In this document: piece after piece, positions 38,740-49,638 of the stretch | Position numbering within the stretch: position 1 is the first letter of the stretch | Layout of the letters: each line of letters opens with the position of its first letter | NCBI GenBank assembly: GCA_038245785.1 | Contig: JBBRSB010000002.1 | Span: forward strand, 269,588 to 333,587 | Source of the DNA: Gloeobacterales cyanobacterium | Lineage (GTDB): Bacteria; Cyanobacteriota; Cyanobacteriia; Gloeobacterales; PMM-0068 | DNA: 64,000 nt | Reading direction: 5' to 3' | Position numbers and translations under genes: made by a program | Notes under the pieces: generated by a model | Told to the model about the DNA's origin: nothing | Seen by the model: only the letters and a program-made list of their open reading frames with translations | The model's database searches: none

Positions 38740-39149
38740 TGGTGGAAGTAGGCTATATGCTCGACACGAACACGGCAAGCTACATCATCAAAGGCAACGT
38801 TCCCTCAGTGCGGGAGCGGCTGCTTCGTATACCCATGGCCCAAATATGTATCTCAACAGTGACCCAAGCCGAGCTACTGTTTGGGGTAGCCAAGAAACCC
38901 GAGGCAACACGGCTTAAAACCGTTGTCCATGAATTCCTGCTGCGGGTTGAGATACTGCCTTGGGATTGTGAAGCGGCACAGGAATACGCTGAAATTCGTG
39001 CCTATCTTGAGCGAGACGGTAAGCCGATGGGAAATATGGATATGATGATTGCGGCCCACGCGTTGGCTAGTAAGGCTGTTCTTGTGACGAATGACCAAGC
39101 CTTTTGGCACATTGAACGCATGTGTCTAGAAGACTGGACCAAGCCTTAG
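38736..39149 (+). CDS. vapC: VapC PIN ribonuclease toxin
   Basis: YMLDTN, AELLFG, DMMIAAHA, LVTND. Confidence 0.92.
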   Translation: MMVEVGYMLDTNTASYIIKGNVPSVRERLLRIPMAQICISTVTQAELLFGVAKKPEATRLKTVVHEFLLRVEILPWDCEAAQEYAEIRAYLERDGKPMGNMDMMIAAHALASKAVLVTNDQAFWHIERMCLEDWTKP

Positions 39150-39198
39150 ACGAAGGTGCCAATGTTCGTCATCGCGAGACCATGCTTAGTCCAAACTT

Positions 39199-41112
39199 CT
39201 ACGATTCAATCTCTGCCAATTCTAGCCAGCGCTCTGTAGCTATTTCGATTGATTGGTTCAGAGATTCTAGTTTTTCATAGAGTGCTTGCACTTCCACAAA
39301 GTCACTAGGAGGTGAAGTGAGGACTTGCTCTATCTCAGCCTTTTGAACTTCTATTTCAGCAATCTTTCCTTCAAGGGTGTCAAATTCACGTTTTTCTTTA
39401 TTAGAAAGCTTACGAACTTTTTGGGCAGGAGGTAATGCCAGAGCTTCGCTTGGTTTCGCTTTTGAACTATTACCCGTAGCCGTAGAACTAGACGATTTTT
39501 CCTCTGCCTTTTTGAAATCTAGATAGGTGGAATAGTTTCCCGGATATTGACGGAGTGTCCCTCCAGGTTCAAAAGCAAAAATCGTATCTACAACGCGGTC
39601 TAAGAAATAACGGTCATGGGATACCACCAGAACACAGCCAGCAAAATCTTCTAGATATTCTTCAAGAACAGAAAGCGTCTGTACGTCGAGATCATTGGTC
39701 GGTTCATCCAGAATCAAAACATTCGGGGCACCCATCAGCACACGTAACAGAAATAGACGGCGCTTCTCCCCACCAGAGAGATTTTCAACGGGCGCATACT
39801 GTTGGCTGCCTGGAAACAAAAATCGCTCCAGCATTTGAGAGGCACTGATTTGGCTACCATCGGCAATTTTGATAAATTCGCCTTCTTCTTTGATGTAGTC
39901 AATCACCCGTTGCTTATCATTCATCGCAGTGAATAAGGCTTCTGAATTTTGGTCAAAGTAACCGATATGAATCGTACTGCCAATATCAACTTTTCCAGAA
40001 TCCGGTTGCAGACGGCCTGTAATGATATCCATTAGGGTGGATTTGCCGACCCCATTACCGCCAATAATTCCAATGCGGTCTTCAGGACTAAATTCATAGG
40101 TGAAGTTCTTAATGAAGGTGCGCCCTTCGTAGGCTTTGGAAACATTGGTCAGTTCAATAACCTTTTTGCCCATACGGCGGGTAGGCGTAGCAATATCCAC
40201 CTTGCCATGAGCCTGCTTAAACTCTGTATCTCTCAACGCATGAGCCCGTTCAATCCGCGCTTTTTGTTTTGTACTCCGAGCTTTAGGTCCTTTCTTTAGC
40301 CACTCCAATTCGCGACGCAGAATGCCCTGATGTTTCCGCTGCGTACTCGCTGCCGACTCTTCCGCCAAGGCTTTCTTTTCTAAGTAATAGGAGTAATTGC
40401 CGTTGTAGGGATAGAGGTCTCCTCGGTCAATTTCAAAAATCCGATTGGTGACCTGGTCCAAAAAATAGCGGTCGTGGGTTATCAGTAAGATCGCACCCCG
40501 ATAGCGATTCAAATAATTTTGTAACCACTCCACCGATAGGGCATCTAAATGGTTAGTCGGCTCATCCATCAGCAAGGCATCGGGTTCAGAGAGCAGTGCC
40601 GCCGCCAACGCGACCCGCTTACGATATCCACCCGATAACGTTCCAATCCGGGCATCCATATCTTCAATGCCCAGCTTAGTGAGGATGATTTTGGCCTTCG
40701 TCTCCAGTTCCCATGCTCCACAGGTATCCATCCGATGAGCAATCTCAGAGAGACGCGCACTCAAGGTCGCATTTTCAGGATCGTGTACCAGTTGAGCTGA
40801 GATTTGCTCATAGTCACGGACCAGATTCATGTCTTCGCCACTATCGGCAAACACCTGTTCCAGAACGGTATGGTTCTCGTCCAAGTCAGGGTCTTGCGGT
40901 AGATACACGGTCCGAATCCCAGAGTTGACCAGAATCTGACCGCCATCAGGCGGCTCCAGACCGGCAATCATTTTCAGGAGGGTGGATTTGCCAGAACCGT
41001 TGGTACCGATAAGGCCGACCTTATCGGTAATATCCAAGCTGAAGCTGGCCTGATTTAACAGGGTCTTGAGACCAAACTGTTTTTGGACTGATTGCAAAGT
41101 AACGATGCTCAT
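39199..41112 (-). CDS. ABC-F family ATPase (Uup-like)
   Basis: Two ABC cassettes without TM domains; KGPKARSTKQKAR linker; C-terminal coiled coil. Confidence 0.92.
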   Translation of the reverse strand: MSIVTLQSVQKQFGLKTLLNQASFSLDITDKVGLIGTNGSGKSTLLKMIAGLEPPDGGQILVNSGIRTVYLPQDPDLDENHTVLEQVFADSGEDMNLVRDYEQISAQLVHDPENATLSARLSEIAHRMDTCGAWELETKAKIILTKLGIEDMDARIGTLSGGYRKRVALAAALLSEPDALLMDEPTNHLDALSVEWLQNYLNRYRGAILLITHDRYFLDQVTNRIFEIDRGDLYPYNGNYSYYLEKKALAEESAASTQRKHQGILRRELEWLKKGPKARSTKQKARIERAHALRDTEFKQAHGKVDIATPTRRMGKKVIELTNVSKAYEGRTFIKNFTYEFSPEDRIGIIGGNGVGKSTLMDIITGRLQPDSGKVDIGSTIHIGYFDQNSEALFTAMNDKQRVIDYIKEEGEFIKIADGSQISASQMLERFLFPGSQQYAPVENLSGGEKRRLFLLRVLMGAPNVLILDEPTNDLDVQTLSVLEEYLEDFAGCVLVVSHDRYFLDRVVDTIFAFEPGGTLRQYPGNYSTYLDFKKAEEKSSSSTATGNSSKAKPSEALALPPAQKVRKLSNKEKREFDTLEGKIAEIEVQKAEIEQVLTSPPSDFVEVQALYEKLESLNQSIEIATERWLELAEIES

Positions 41113-41130
41113 CAGTCCTATTATCGCGGA

Positions 41131-42246
41131 CTATGTCAGCTCGATGCCTTCTAAATATTCCCGAACCTTTTGCAGGCGTTGAGGATGACGCAATTTACGA
41201 AGCGCTCTTGCTTCAATTTGGCGGATGCGCTCGCGGGTTAGGGTAAAGTGCTGACCGACTTCATCCAAGGTGCGGGTGCGACCATCGGCCAAACCATAGC
41301 GTAGACGCAATACATCCCGTTCACGGGGGGTAAGGGTTTGCAGAAGAGATTCTAAATCTTGCCGCATCAAGGAGCGGATCAGATCCTGCTCAGGCATATC
41401 GCCTTGAGCCTGAATCAAGTCTCCCAACGCAGTGTCTTCTTCGCGTCCGACTGGAGTTTCCAAAGAAACAGGAAGCTGAATCGCCTTGCGGACAAAACGC
41501 AACTGCTCCGGCTCCATTTCTACTGCATCGGCTACTTCCCGCTCCGTTGGCGCACGGCCAAACTGCTGAGATAGCTGACGAGTCACCTTTTTAATCTTGT
41601 TTACTTTCTCGACGATGTGAACCGGGAGACGAATAGTCCGCGCCTGCATTGCAATCGCACGGGTAATGCCCTGACGAATCCACCAGGTAGCGTAGGTCGA
41701 GAACTTAAAGCCTCGAGTGTGGTCAAACTTCTCTGCGGCTCGGATTAAACCCAAGGTGCCTTCTTGAATTAGGTCCAGTAGAGGCAAACCCCGGCCTTGA
41801 TATTTCTTGGCAACGGAAACCACCAATCGCAGATTCGCCTTGATTAGATGCGCTTTCGCTTTTTTACCTTCATGGACCCTGCGGCGATATTCTGGAACCG
41901 TCAGCTTTAACACTTCAGACATCTCCGCATCCGTGGGCGTACGCTCCAACTCAGCTTTTAAGGTGAGTCTGGACTCTTCTACGACCAACCAATCAGCAAT
42001 CCGACGGGCTAATTCAATCTCTTCTGAAGCTTTGAGCAAAGGGACACGGCCAATCTCTTGGAGATACATCCGAATCAAATCATCCGTTCCCGATTTTGCG
42101 GCAGGGCGGGCACTGAGCTCACCTTCCACAACCACAGTGCGCTCAGGCTCTTCCGTAAGAGACTCTAAAACATCTAACTCTTCTAATTCAGGGGGCTGGA
42201 ATTGCTCTGGCCCGAGCGCCTGATTCCAGATAGGATTGGTGGTCAT
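41131..42246 (-). CDS. RNA polymerase sigma factor, RpoD/SigA family (probably group 2)
   Basis: YLQEIGRVPLL, ANLRLVVSVAKKY, DLIQEG, KFSTYATWWIRQ, RERIRQIE. Confidence 0.93.
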   Translation of the reverse strand: MTTNPIWNQALGPEQFQPPELEELDVLESLTEEPERTVVVEGELSARPAAKSGTDDLIRMYLQEIGRVPLLKASEEIELARRIADWLVVEESRLTLKAELERTPTDAEMSEVLKLTVPEYRRRVHEGKKAKAHLIKANLRLVVSVAKKYQGRGLPLLDLIQEGTLGLIRAAEKFDHTRGFKFSTYATWWIRQGITRAIAMQARTIRLPVHIVEKVNKIKKVTRQLSQQFGRAPTEREVADAVEMEPEQLRFVRKAIQLPVSLETPVGREEDTALGDLIQAQGDMPEQDLIRSLMRQDLESLLQTLTPRERDVLRLRYGLADGRTRTLDEVGQHFTLTRERIRQIEARALRKLRHPQRLQKVREYLEGIELT

Positions 42247-42547
42247 ATTGCTAAACTCCTCGCATTTTGAGCAGATAGAATTTCAGGCCATGGATTCAGT
42301 ATGAGAGCGATATTTCGTGGTAGTGGAGGGCTTAACTTTTTTTTCATGACATAGACCTTACCTATAGTGTTCCCACCACAAAAAGACTCTATATCAAGAA
42401 GTAAAACTTCCGTATCAACCACTACATAAACCACTAGATGTGTAGTTTGCGTTTGCAGATATGTCTATTAATAGCGTTTCCTCCTAAGATTTAGAAGTGG
42501 CTCTTAGGAAGATATTATACGCATGGATTTGCGTAATTATACTGAGG

Positions 42548-43870
42548 CTAACTAAATTGGTTTTTGAGCTCTTCTGTTTCTAATTGCAAGGTTTTTATCT
42601 CTGATTTGCGTTGTACTTTGAACGTTACTTTTTCGCCAACACGATGCGCCCCTACTCGTTCTTGTACATCTTTGGCGGTAAGAACCTTAGCATTGTCTAC
42701 TTCCACGATCACATCTCCGGCTAGCAGCCCACCCTTGTCCGCAGGAGATTTAGGAATTACCCGTTGTACCAGGACTCCTTTGTCCAGCACGGGAATTACG
42801 AGACTGGCCATCTCAGAGTCTTCTTTGGGTAGACGAGCGTTGTTGCGTGGATTCTTTTGAGCAGAGATCGCTTTGGCGTTTTCTTTTTCTTCTTTTAGCT
42901 GACGGACTACATCTACAGACAGGGTAACCATCTGGACGCCAATAAAGGGACGGATCACCCTACCATCAGCAATCAAGCGGTCGGTAATGCTCCGAACTTC
43001 ATCAATCGGGATAGCAAAACCAATGCCGGAAGCTCCTTGGATAATCGCCGTATTGATGCCCACCACCTGACCATAGATGTTGATCAAGGGACCGCCCGAG
43101 TTACCCGGATTGATGGCCGCATCGGTTTGAATAAAATCTACGCGCTTGTCGCCAACGCCCACTTCATCACTACCTCGAGCTAAGGCGCTGACAATACCAG
43201 CCGTCACGGTATTCCTCAGGCGCAAGGGGTTTCCTAGGGCAATCACCCATTCACCAGGACGCAGTTTAGCAGAGCTACCTATTTCAACGAAGGGCAAAGA
43301 GGCAGGAGCTTGAATCCTAATGACCGCGAGGTCTGTGAGGGGGTCTATGCCCCTCACCTTGCCTGTAAAGGTTCGACCATCTTGCAGCGTCACCTTCACT
43401 GAATCTGCCCCGTCTACCACATGGGCATTGGTGAAAATGGTGCCATCTGCAGAGACGATAAAACCTGAGCCGGAACCCCGTTGAAGATTGTTCTTAGGCA
43501 GTTTAGGTATGCGATTGCCAAAAAATTCTTTAAATAGAGGGTCTAGTTTGTCGAGCGACTCCTCCTGTTCTTGCTTCGTCACTTTCCGCTCGGTGTCTAT
43601 GGTCACTACGGCTGGAGATGCTTTTTCTGCGGCATCTGCAATGAAGTTCGGACCGAAAGCGCCTATCGCTCGCTCAACCTTCGCTGACTGGGTCGGGATA
43701 GACTGCTGTTCGCTTTCTACGCTTGTCTGGACCGTCTGAAACTTCTGCGGGGCTGCTTGCGTCGGAGCTCCGTTAAGCTCCCGCACCAGCAGAGAACCAG
43801 CCGTGAAACTCCCTCCTGCAACTGCAGCCATAAGAGCAAGTGTAGATAGGCGTTGTGTCCAGAAGCTCAT
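42548..43870 (-). CDS. HtrA/HhoA/DegP serine protease with PDZ domain
   Basis: TNAHVV, DLAVI, IQTDAAINPGNSGGPL, C-terminal PDZ. Confidence 0.95.
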   Translation of the reverse strand: MSFWTQRLSTLALMAAVAGGSFTAGSLLVRELNGAPTQAAPQKFQTVQTSVESEQQSIPTQSAKVERAIGAFGPNFIADAAEKASPAVVTIDTERKVTKQEQEESLDKLDPLFKEFFGNRIPKLPKNNLQRGSGSGFIVSADGTIFTNAHVVDGADSVKVTLQDGRTFTGKVRGIDPLTDLAVIRIQAPASLPFVEIGSSAKLRPGEWVIALGNPLRLRNTVTAGIVSALARGSDEVGVGDKRVDFIQTDAAINPGNSGGPLINIYGQVVGINTAIIQGASGIGFAIPIDEVRSITDRLIADGRVIRPFIGVQMVTLSVDVVRQLKEEKENAKAISAQKNPRNNARLPKEDSEMASLVIPVLDKGVLVQRVIPKSPADKGGLLAGDVIVEVDNAKVLTAKDVQERVGAHRVGEKVTFKVQRKSEIKTLQLETEELKNQFS

Positions 43871-43969
43871 AAATCTACTTCACCAGAAAGTGGTCTAGAT
43901 CAAATTCTAGCTTTTTCTCTTCTGTTTTCTGTAGGGTATAGATAAGTAGCCATATATCTAAAGCAGCCT

Positions 43970-44698
43970 GTGACTCTAATTTTTACGTTAAAAGTAGCAG
44001 AAGGACTGGTTTTGGCAGCAGAAAGCCGTATGACAATCAGTGAAGCAAATGTTCCGGTCTACTATTCTGAAGTCCAAAAGTTATTTCCCCTAAAGGACTA
44101 TCCAGCAGCCATCTTGACCTGTGGAAGCGGTTTTTTGCAATCCAAAGCACTCTCCTCTTGGATTAGGGCTTTTGATAGTGAGTTGCCCCATAGTCTTTCC
44201 ATTCGCCATGTCGCAGAACGACTACAAAAGTTTTTAGCTCCAGCCGATCCAGGCACAACAACGACGCTCGTTTTAGCTGGATTCAATCGAGAAGCAGTGC
44301 AAGGATTTGAAGCGGAGGTGTATAAGATCACTGCTTTTGAAAATGGAGACCAAAACTTTTTTGATCTCTCTGAATCGGTCAGTTTTTGGGATGGAGATTT
44401 TGAGGCTGTAACTCGACTGCTATTGGGGCGCTCCCCGACCTATTTCGAGGGCATTGCTTCACACATAGACAAAGCCCATCTAAAGAACCTGGACAAATCG
44501 GTACAAATGAATCCACCCTATTACGCGATGAGCCTTCAAGAAGGCATAGATTTTGTATACTTCCTCATGCAGACACAAATTCAATTTCAGCGTTTTGCCA
44601 GTCAGCCTCAAAGCTGTGGCGGGCCTGTCGATATAGCAGTCATCACACCAGAGGAAGGTTTTCAGTGGGTCCGGCGTAAAACTTTGCGCTTATCTTGA
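43970..44698 (+). CDS. Proteasome beta-like Ntn-hydrolase
   Basis: Thr right after the initiator, GLVLAAESR, QKLF, C-terminal GGPVDIAVIT. Confidence 0.65.
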   Translation: MTLIFTLKVAEGLVLAAESRMTISEANVPVYYSEVQKLFPLKDYPAAILTCGSGFLQSKALSSWIRAFDSELPHSLSIRHVAERLQKFLAPADPGTTTTLVLAGFNREAVQGFEAEVYKITAFENGDQNFFDLSESVSFWDGDFEAVTRLLLGRSPTYFEGIASHIDKAHLKNLDKSVQMNPPYYAMSLQEGIDFVYFLMQTQIQFQRFASQPQSCGGPVDIAVITPEEGFQWVRRKTLRLS

Positions 44699-44751
44699 GA
44701 ACGGGTATCTCAACAGCTTCAGCGTAACTATAGGGATTTCCACAAATAAAA

Positions 44752-44796
44752 GTGGCTCTTTAAATAGGACATTCAAGATCCTGTTTAAAGAGCCAC
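44752..44796. terminator. Hairpin between convergent genes
   Basis: gtggctctttaaatagga...tcctgtttaaagagccac. Confidence 0.7.
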
Positions 44797-44864
44797 ATCG
44801 TACGCTGCATTTGGGAATGAAGTGTATACAAATATACAGAGCCTGTCTGATTAATGACCATTAA

Positions 44865-46280
44865 TTAACATTTCTCTACAACAACCTGCAGCGGTCCTTT
44901 AGCGACACCGCCGCTCAAAGTTCCACCAGCGTGCACAACGGCTTCTAAATAATCCAGTGCTTCTTGACTAATTATGGTTCCAGGAATGAGCACAGGAATC
45001 CCAGGTGGATAGGGCTCTACAGAGTAGGCAGCGATCCTGCCGACCGCCTCTTTCCAGGAAACCTCTTCGTGTACAGAGAAATAGGCTTCCCGTGGACTAC
45101 ATGCTGGAGCGCCAAGTTTTGGAAAAGCGATCGGTTTAGGGATAGGCGTAGGAATGCTGTTTGGGTAGTGCATTAGAGCTTGCAATAACTGCTCACTATG
45201 GGTTTTCGGCGTGCAGTAAGAAGTTAAAAACACCAAATGATTCCAGCCAACCAATTCAGCGTGGAGATGGTGCTGTTCGCAGAGCCATGTTTCCAAAGCA
45301 GAGCCCGAACCGTCTAAGGCCACAGTCCATCGAGTCCAGTCGGAATGCTCAACCCAGGTATAGGTCGTCTCTCGCAGTTTTTGACGAAAGGCTTGCGCCT
45401 GCTGATACAACTGTTCTAAACCTGCATAGCCTTCCATCATCATTTGAGCACGAGCGGCATCCAGAGAAGCCATCATCGGATAGCTGGGGCTACTGGTTTG
45501 GACGATGCGCAAGGCTTGGGCTAGACGTTGCCGATCCACGCGTTGGCCTTTGGCGTGTAGGATCGCCCCCTGGGTCAAAGCGCCTAGGGTCTTATGGGCA
45601 GAATGGACGACTAGATCTGCGCCCAAAGCCACAGCACAGTCAGGCAACTGGGGATGAAACGCAAAATGACCACCATGAGCACTGTCTACTAAGACAATCA
45701 GGCCTGCTTGATGCGCCAGCTCTATCGTTGCTTCCAATACTCCCGTATGACCGTAGTAGGTAGGATAGACCAAACAGATTGCTTTAGCCTGTGGGTGCGC
45801 AGCAATAGCCTGCCTTATAGAAGCTAGGCTTACGCTTTCAGCCGTTCCCAGAAAGTCATTCCAGTCAGGTTCTAACCAGACGGGGATAGCCCCGCTCAAA
45901 ACTAGGCCGTGAAGAGCAGAACGATGACTATTCCGAGGGAGCAGTACGCTATCGCCAGGAGCACAGGTTGCCAAGAGCATGGCCTGGACTCCGCTTGTAG
46001 AACCATTCACAAGAAAGTAGCTTTGGTCACTCCCCCAGGCTTGAGCGCTTAAAGCCTGGGCATGCTGAATTGGTCCTGTCGGTTCGTGTAGACTGTCAAG
46101 TCCTTCTAATTCGGTTAGATCTGCTTGAAAAAGCTGATGCCCCAAAAGTTTCTGAATCGCTGCGCAAGATCCAAAACCAAGATGTCCAGGGGTATGGAAG
46201 GCAATATTTTCATGCTGAAGAAAGTTAAATAGAGCCTCAACTAGAGGCATCTGGGTACCAAATTCGTTATCCTTTGCCAT
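44865..46280 (-). CDS. Orn/Lys/Arg decarboxylase (PLP, fold type I)
   Basis: FHTPGH, LVNGST, DSAHG, SAHKT (PLP Lys), TSSPSY, YPPGIP. Confidence 0.9.
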   Translation of the reverse strand: MAKDNEFGTQMPLVEALFNFLQHENIAFHTPGHLGFGSCAAIQKLLGHQLFQADLTELEGLDSLHEPTGPIQHAQALSAQAWGSDQSYFLVNGSTSGVQAMLLATCAPGDSVLLPRNSHRSALHGLVLSGAIPVWLEPDWNDFLGTAESVSLASIRQAIAAHPQAKAICLVYPTYYGHTGVLEATIELAHQAGLIVLVDSAHGGHFAFHPQLPDCAVALGADLVVHSAHKTLGALTQGAILHAKGQRVDRQRLAQALRIVQTSSPSYPMMASLDAARAQMMMEGYAGLEQLYQQAQAFRQKLRETTYTWVEHSDWTRWTVALDGSGSALETWLCEQHHLHAELVGWNHLVFLTSYCTPKTHSEQLLQALMHYPNSIPTPIPKPIAFPKLGAPACSPREAYFSVHEEVSWKEAVGRIAAYSVEPYPPGIPVLIPGTIISQEALDYLEAVVHAGGTLSGGVAKGPLQVVVEKC

Positions 46281-46530
46281 GCACGCGCAAGATGTCACGA
46301 ATGGAGATAAATAGCTCTTCAGGCATTAAAACAGGTTCTGCAAAGAGCAGGGTCAACTTACCTGTTGGGTAATGAACGGCTACTCCACGGGGCTGTCGAG
46401 CCTGGTAACGATGGGTATCACAGTATTGTTCGTAGGTTGTCCGAGCCTCTTCGAGGATGGGCATAATGCGGGCAACGCTATCGGGTGTATTATTTCTTGG
46501 TTTATCAGTTTGAGTGACCATGATATTCAA
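46267..46530 (-). CDS. Small hypothetical protein
   Basis: 87 aa ORF overlapping the decarboxylase start. Confidence 0.5.
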   Translation of the reverse strand: MNIMVTQTDKPRNNTPDSVARIMPILEEARTTYEQYCDTHRYQARQPRGVAVHYPTGKLTLLFAEPVLMPEELFISIRDILRVHGKG

Positions 46531-46733
46531 CTGAAACAGGTATTAGATTACTCGGTAGCTTACCCGTAATAGTTAGGTTCTGGCAATAAGAAAACGATAT
46601 TTCGAAACAGAATAGATTTTACTCATCTGAATTGATTTCAATGAATCAATGGAATTAGGGGGATGAAGCCTTCGATTCAGACCCCCAATTCAGAAAACTT
46701 CAAGCGTGACCCACGCGGCATCTTGCCTATTCT

Positions 46734-48251
46734 TTACTTGCGCTTAGGCCGAGTATATCCGGCAAGGTCTACGGCAGAAGCCTTGTACGCGTGGAGCACG
46801 CTGGGGATTAGCTCGAACTTCTGCGGTAAGTCCACCGCTGCGCCAGTCGGAGCACCAAGGGGGTTTTCCGGAGTGAAACCGCTCAGCTCAAAACAGCCAC
46901 TGGTCAAGCCAATTGGGCATGTATACGCCGCGTGCTTGAAATTCACGTAGATATCGAACTGCTCACCTGCACCGCTTTGCGTCACGCTGTAGTCGTTGTC
47001 TGTGCCGGCGAGGATCATGTGACCGCCATCCTTTAACTTTGGCCCAATGGTCAGCCCTTCCCACTTCTCTGGCTGTCTGCCGGAGGGCAGGACTTTCTCG
47101 CCAGAAAGGTCGGTGAGGTCGATGAACGGACTGTCGGCATTCGGCGAGTCGCCGAACTTCTGCACTGGCACCAACCCAAATGGCAGATCGCCAAGGGGCA
47201 GAACCGCTTGGCCGATGTTGGTCGCGCCCTCTAGGCTGATCTTGTAGACCCGCTTGCTGCCTATCACACCGATCCCACTCGGGTCGTCTACCCCTAGACC
47301 TCGGTTGTCGCGCTCGATTACCAGGAACTCACGGTCGTTCAATGCCACGATCGCAGACAGACCGAGGTTACGGCCCTGGCGAGGGTTAGTGGCTGTTGTG
47401 AATCCGCCACCGTCGGTAATGCGCTGTGCCACTTCTGTTTGCAGCTCAATCTGATATATGTACTGCGCGAAGCTCTTTCCGTACGTGCTACTGGCAGGAT
47501 CGTTGTCAAAGCCAACGATCCTGACATTGCGTCCATTCCTGCCGTTGTTGCCGCCGCCGTCATTGATCAGGGGATCCTGCATCACCGTGTAGAGCTTCTT
47601 GCCGTCAGGCGTAACCGCCAGGCCTTCGAAGCCACGGTTGTCCTGCCTGCCTGCGCTAAGATCGCTGTCGCGGTCGGCTATGTAGTTCACTGTGCTCCCA
47701 ACCTTAGGCACCAGGTTGCTGGGCGTTTCAAAGCTACGCAAGAAGCGGCCATTGCGATCGAACTCGTACAAGGATGGGCCATACTCGTCCGAGACGAGCA
47801 GGTTGCCGTTCAGCGGGTTGATTACCAGACCCTCTGGATCGAACGAACCACCGAGTACGCTGGAGTTACCGTTTAGCAACTGAGGATTCAACCCGTTGAA
47901 GGGGTTGCCCGCAGCATCGGTGAACTTGATCGTCCGCTTGATTTTGAAATTGGTGATTCGCCCATTAACCGGGTTCACGTTCAACCGGAATTGCTGTACG
48001 CGGGTCTCGTACGAGATTAGCCCACCGCCGGGACCACGATCCGAAAGCCCCCACCATTCCTCTCGGATAGGGTCATAGTACAAGTCGGAGAAGTAGCCCA
48101 GCCTCCGCTCATTGACGGTGCTGCCTGCCGCCTTGTCGAAGTCTGCTCCGTCGAGCACCAGCCCGTTCACCAGTTTTGGACTAGCTACAGCCGGGAAGGT
48201 TAATATGCAGCAGAACGTGGACATCACTACGGCAAGCTTTCTCCAATTCAT
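46734..48251 (-). CDS. Secreted 'esterase-like activity of phytase' family protein
   Basis: Signal peptide; LSDRGP, FDPEG, SDEYGP, NRGFEG, VIERDN, EKWEG, DND motifs. Confidence 0.88.
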   Translation of the reverse strand: MNWRKLAVVMSTFCCILTFPAVASPKLVNGLVLDGADFDKAAGSTVNERRLGYFSDLYYDPIREEWWGLSDRGPGGGLISYETRVQQFRLNVNPVNGRITNFKIKRTIKFTDAAGNPFNGLNPQLLNGNSSVLGGSFDPEGLVINPLNGNLLVSDEYGPSLYEFDRNGRFLRSFETPSNLVPKVGSTVNYIADRDSDLSAGRQDNRGFEGLAVTPDGKKLYTVMQDPLINDGGGNNGRNGRNVRIVGFDNDPASSTYGKSFAQYIYQIELQTEVAQRITDGGGFTTATNPRQGRNLGLSAIVALNDREFLVIERDNRGLGVDDPSGIGVIGSKRVYKISLEGATNIGQAVLPLGDLPFGLVPVQKFGDSPNADSPFIDLTDLSGEKVLPSGRQPEKWEGLTIGPKLKDGGHMILAGTDNDYSVTQSGAGEQFDIYVNFKHAAYTCPIGLTSGCFELSGFTPENPLGAPTGAAVDLPQKFELIPSVLHAYKASAVDLAGYTRPKRK

Positions 48252-48570
48252 CGAACGAAGTCTCCTGTCGGTTTAAGTGCCCACTCCAGCCAGTACACAC
48301 CGGGGGGAAGGTTATGAATCTCGCACGTTAGCTGAATGGTGCTTCAATATTTCCGTTGTTAATTCAACTTCCAAGGCAAGGACATTGTCAACCTAACATC
48401 CTTAACCTAACGAGGCCCGCAAAAGTTCAGATACTGTTTGACTGATTGCTCAGAGCCTATGGGTCTGTCTGATAGGGGATACAGAGGTTTTTGAGCAGCC
48501 TAAACCCAATGGCAGAAGAAGTTCGAGCACCCCATTGATTTCATAAAAGTTTAAGGGTAACAATTTTTAA

Positions 48571-49002
<432 letters not shown>

Positions 49003-49116
49003 GCACCTCTGCCATTTTGGGCAAGAATTGTCTATTCTTTGAAGGCAATTCTGCCCAAGGCGCATCTCGACCAAATCAGTATTAAACTGCAACTCGTTGG
49101 GATGACTCGGCTAAAC

Positions 49117-49638
49117 ATGGTTACTTTTAAAAAAGCGACAACGGAAGATATCCCTATAATTCAAGAGTTAGCTCGTAAAATTTGGCACAAGTATTATCCT
49201 GGTATCATCTCAGTTGAGCAAATCAACTACATGCTTCCGATGATGTACAGTACATCTGTTATTTATAACGAATTGCTCACTCACATAATCTATGAATTGG
49301 TGATATATAATCAGGAATCCATAGGCTATCTCTCTTATCAATATGAAGAGAATAAAAGCAGGATCAAGCTCAACAAACTTTACTTATTGCCAGAATATCA
49401 TAGTCAGGGAATCGGCCAAGCTATGCTGAATCGTGCTGAGGAAGTCAGTCAACAATATAATGTCAAGCAAATATATCTAACCGTTAATAAAAATAACAAG
49501 AAAGCGATAAAAGCCTATGAAAAGTTTGGCTTTATCCTGTCAGAGTCGATCATCAATGATATTGGAGGTGGACATGTGATGGATGACTTCATCATGATTT
49601 TCAATCTTAAAGATAAGCAAATAGGAAACGAACTTTGA
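49117..49638 (+). CDS. GNAT family N-acetyltransferase
   Basis: KLYLLPEYHSQGIG, LTVNKNN..AI.AYEKFGF; start uncertain. Confidence 0.88.
   Translation: MVTFKKATTEDIPIIQELARKIWHKYYPGIISVEQINYMLPMMYSTSVIYNELLTHIIYELVIYNQESIGYLSYQYEENKSRIKLNKLYLLPEYHSQGIGQAMLNRAEEVSQQYNVKQIYLTVNKNNKKAIKAYEKFGFILSESIINDIGGGHVMDDFIMIFNLKDKQIGNEL

Noticed and set aside
42243..42434. 63-aa ORF upstream of the sigma factor
   Set aside because: No SD or recognisable motif; more likely promoter/5' UTR
45161..45763. 200-aa + strand ORF
   Set aside because: Lies wholly antisense to the decarboxylase and has no recognisable motifs
48385..48412. aacctaac repeat as a Pho box for the phytase-like gene
   Set aside because: Spacing is not 11 bp and the orientation is opposite to that gene
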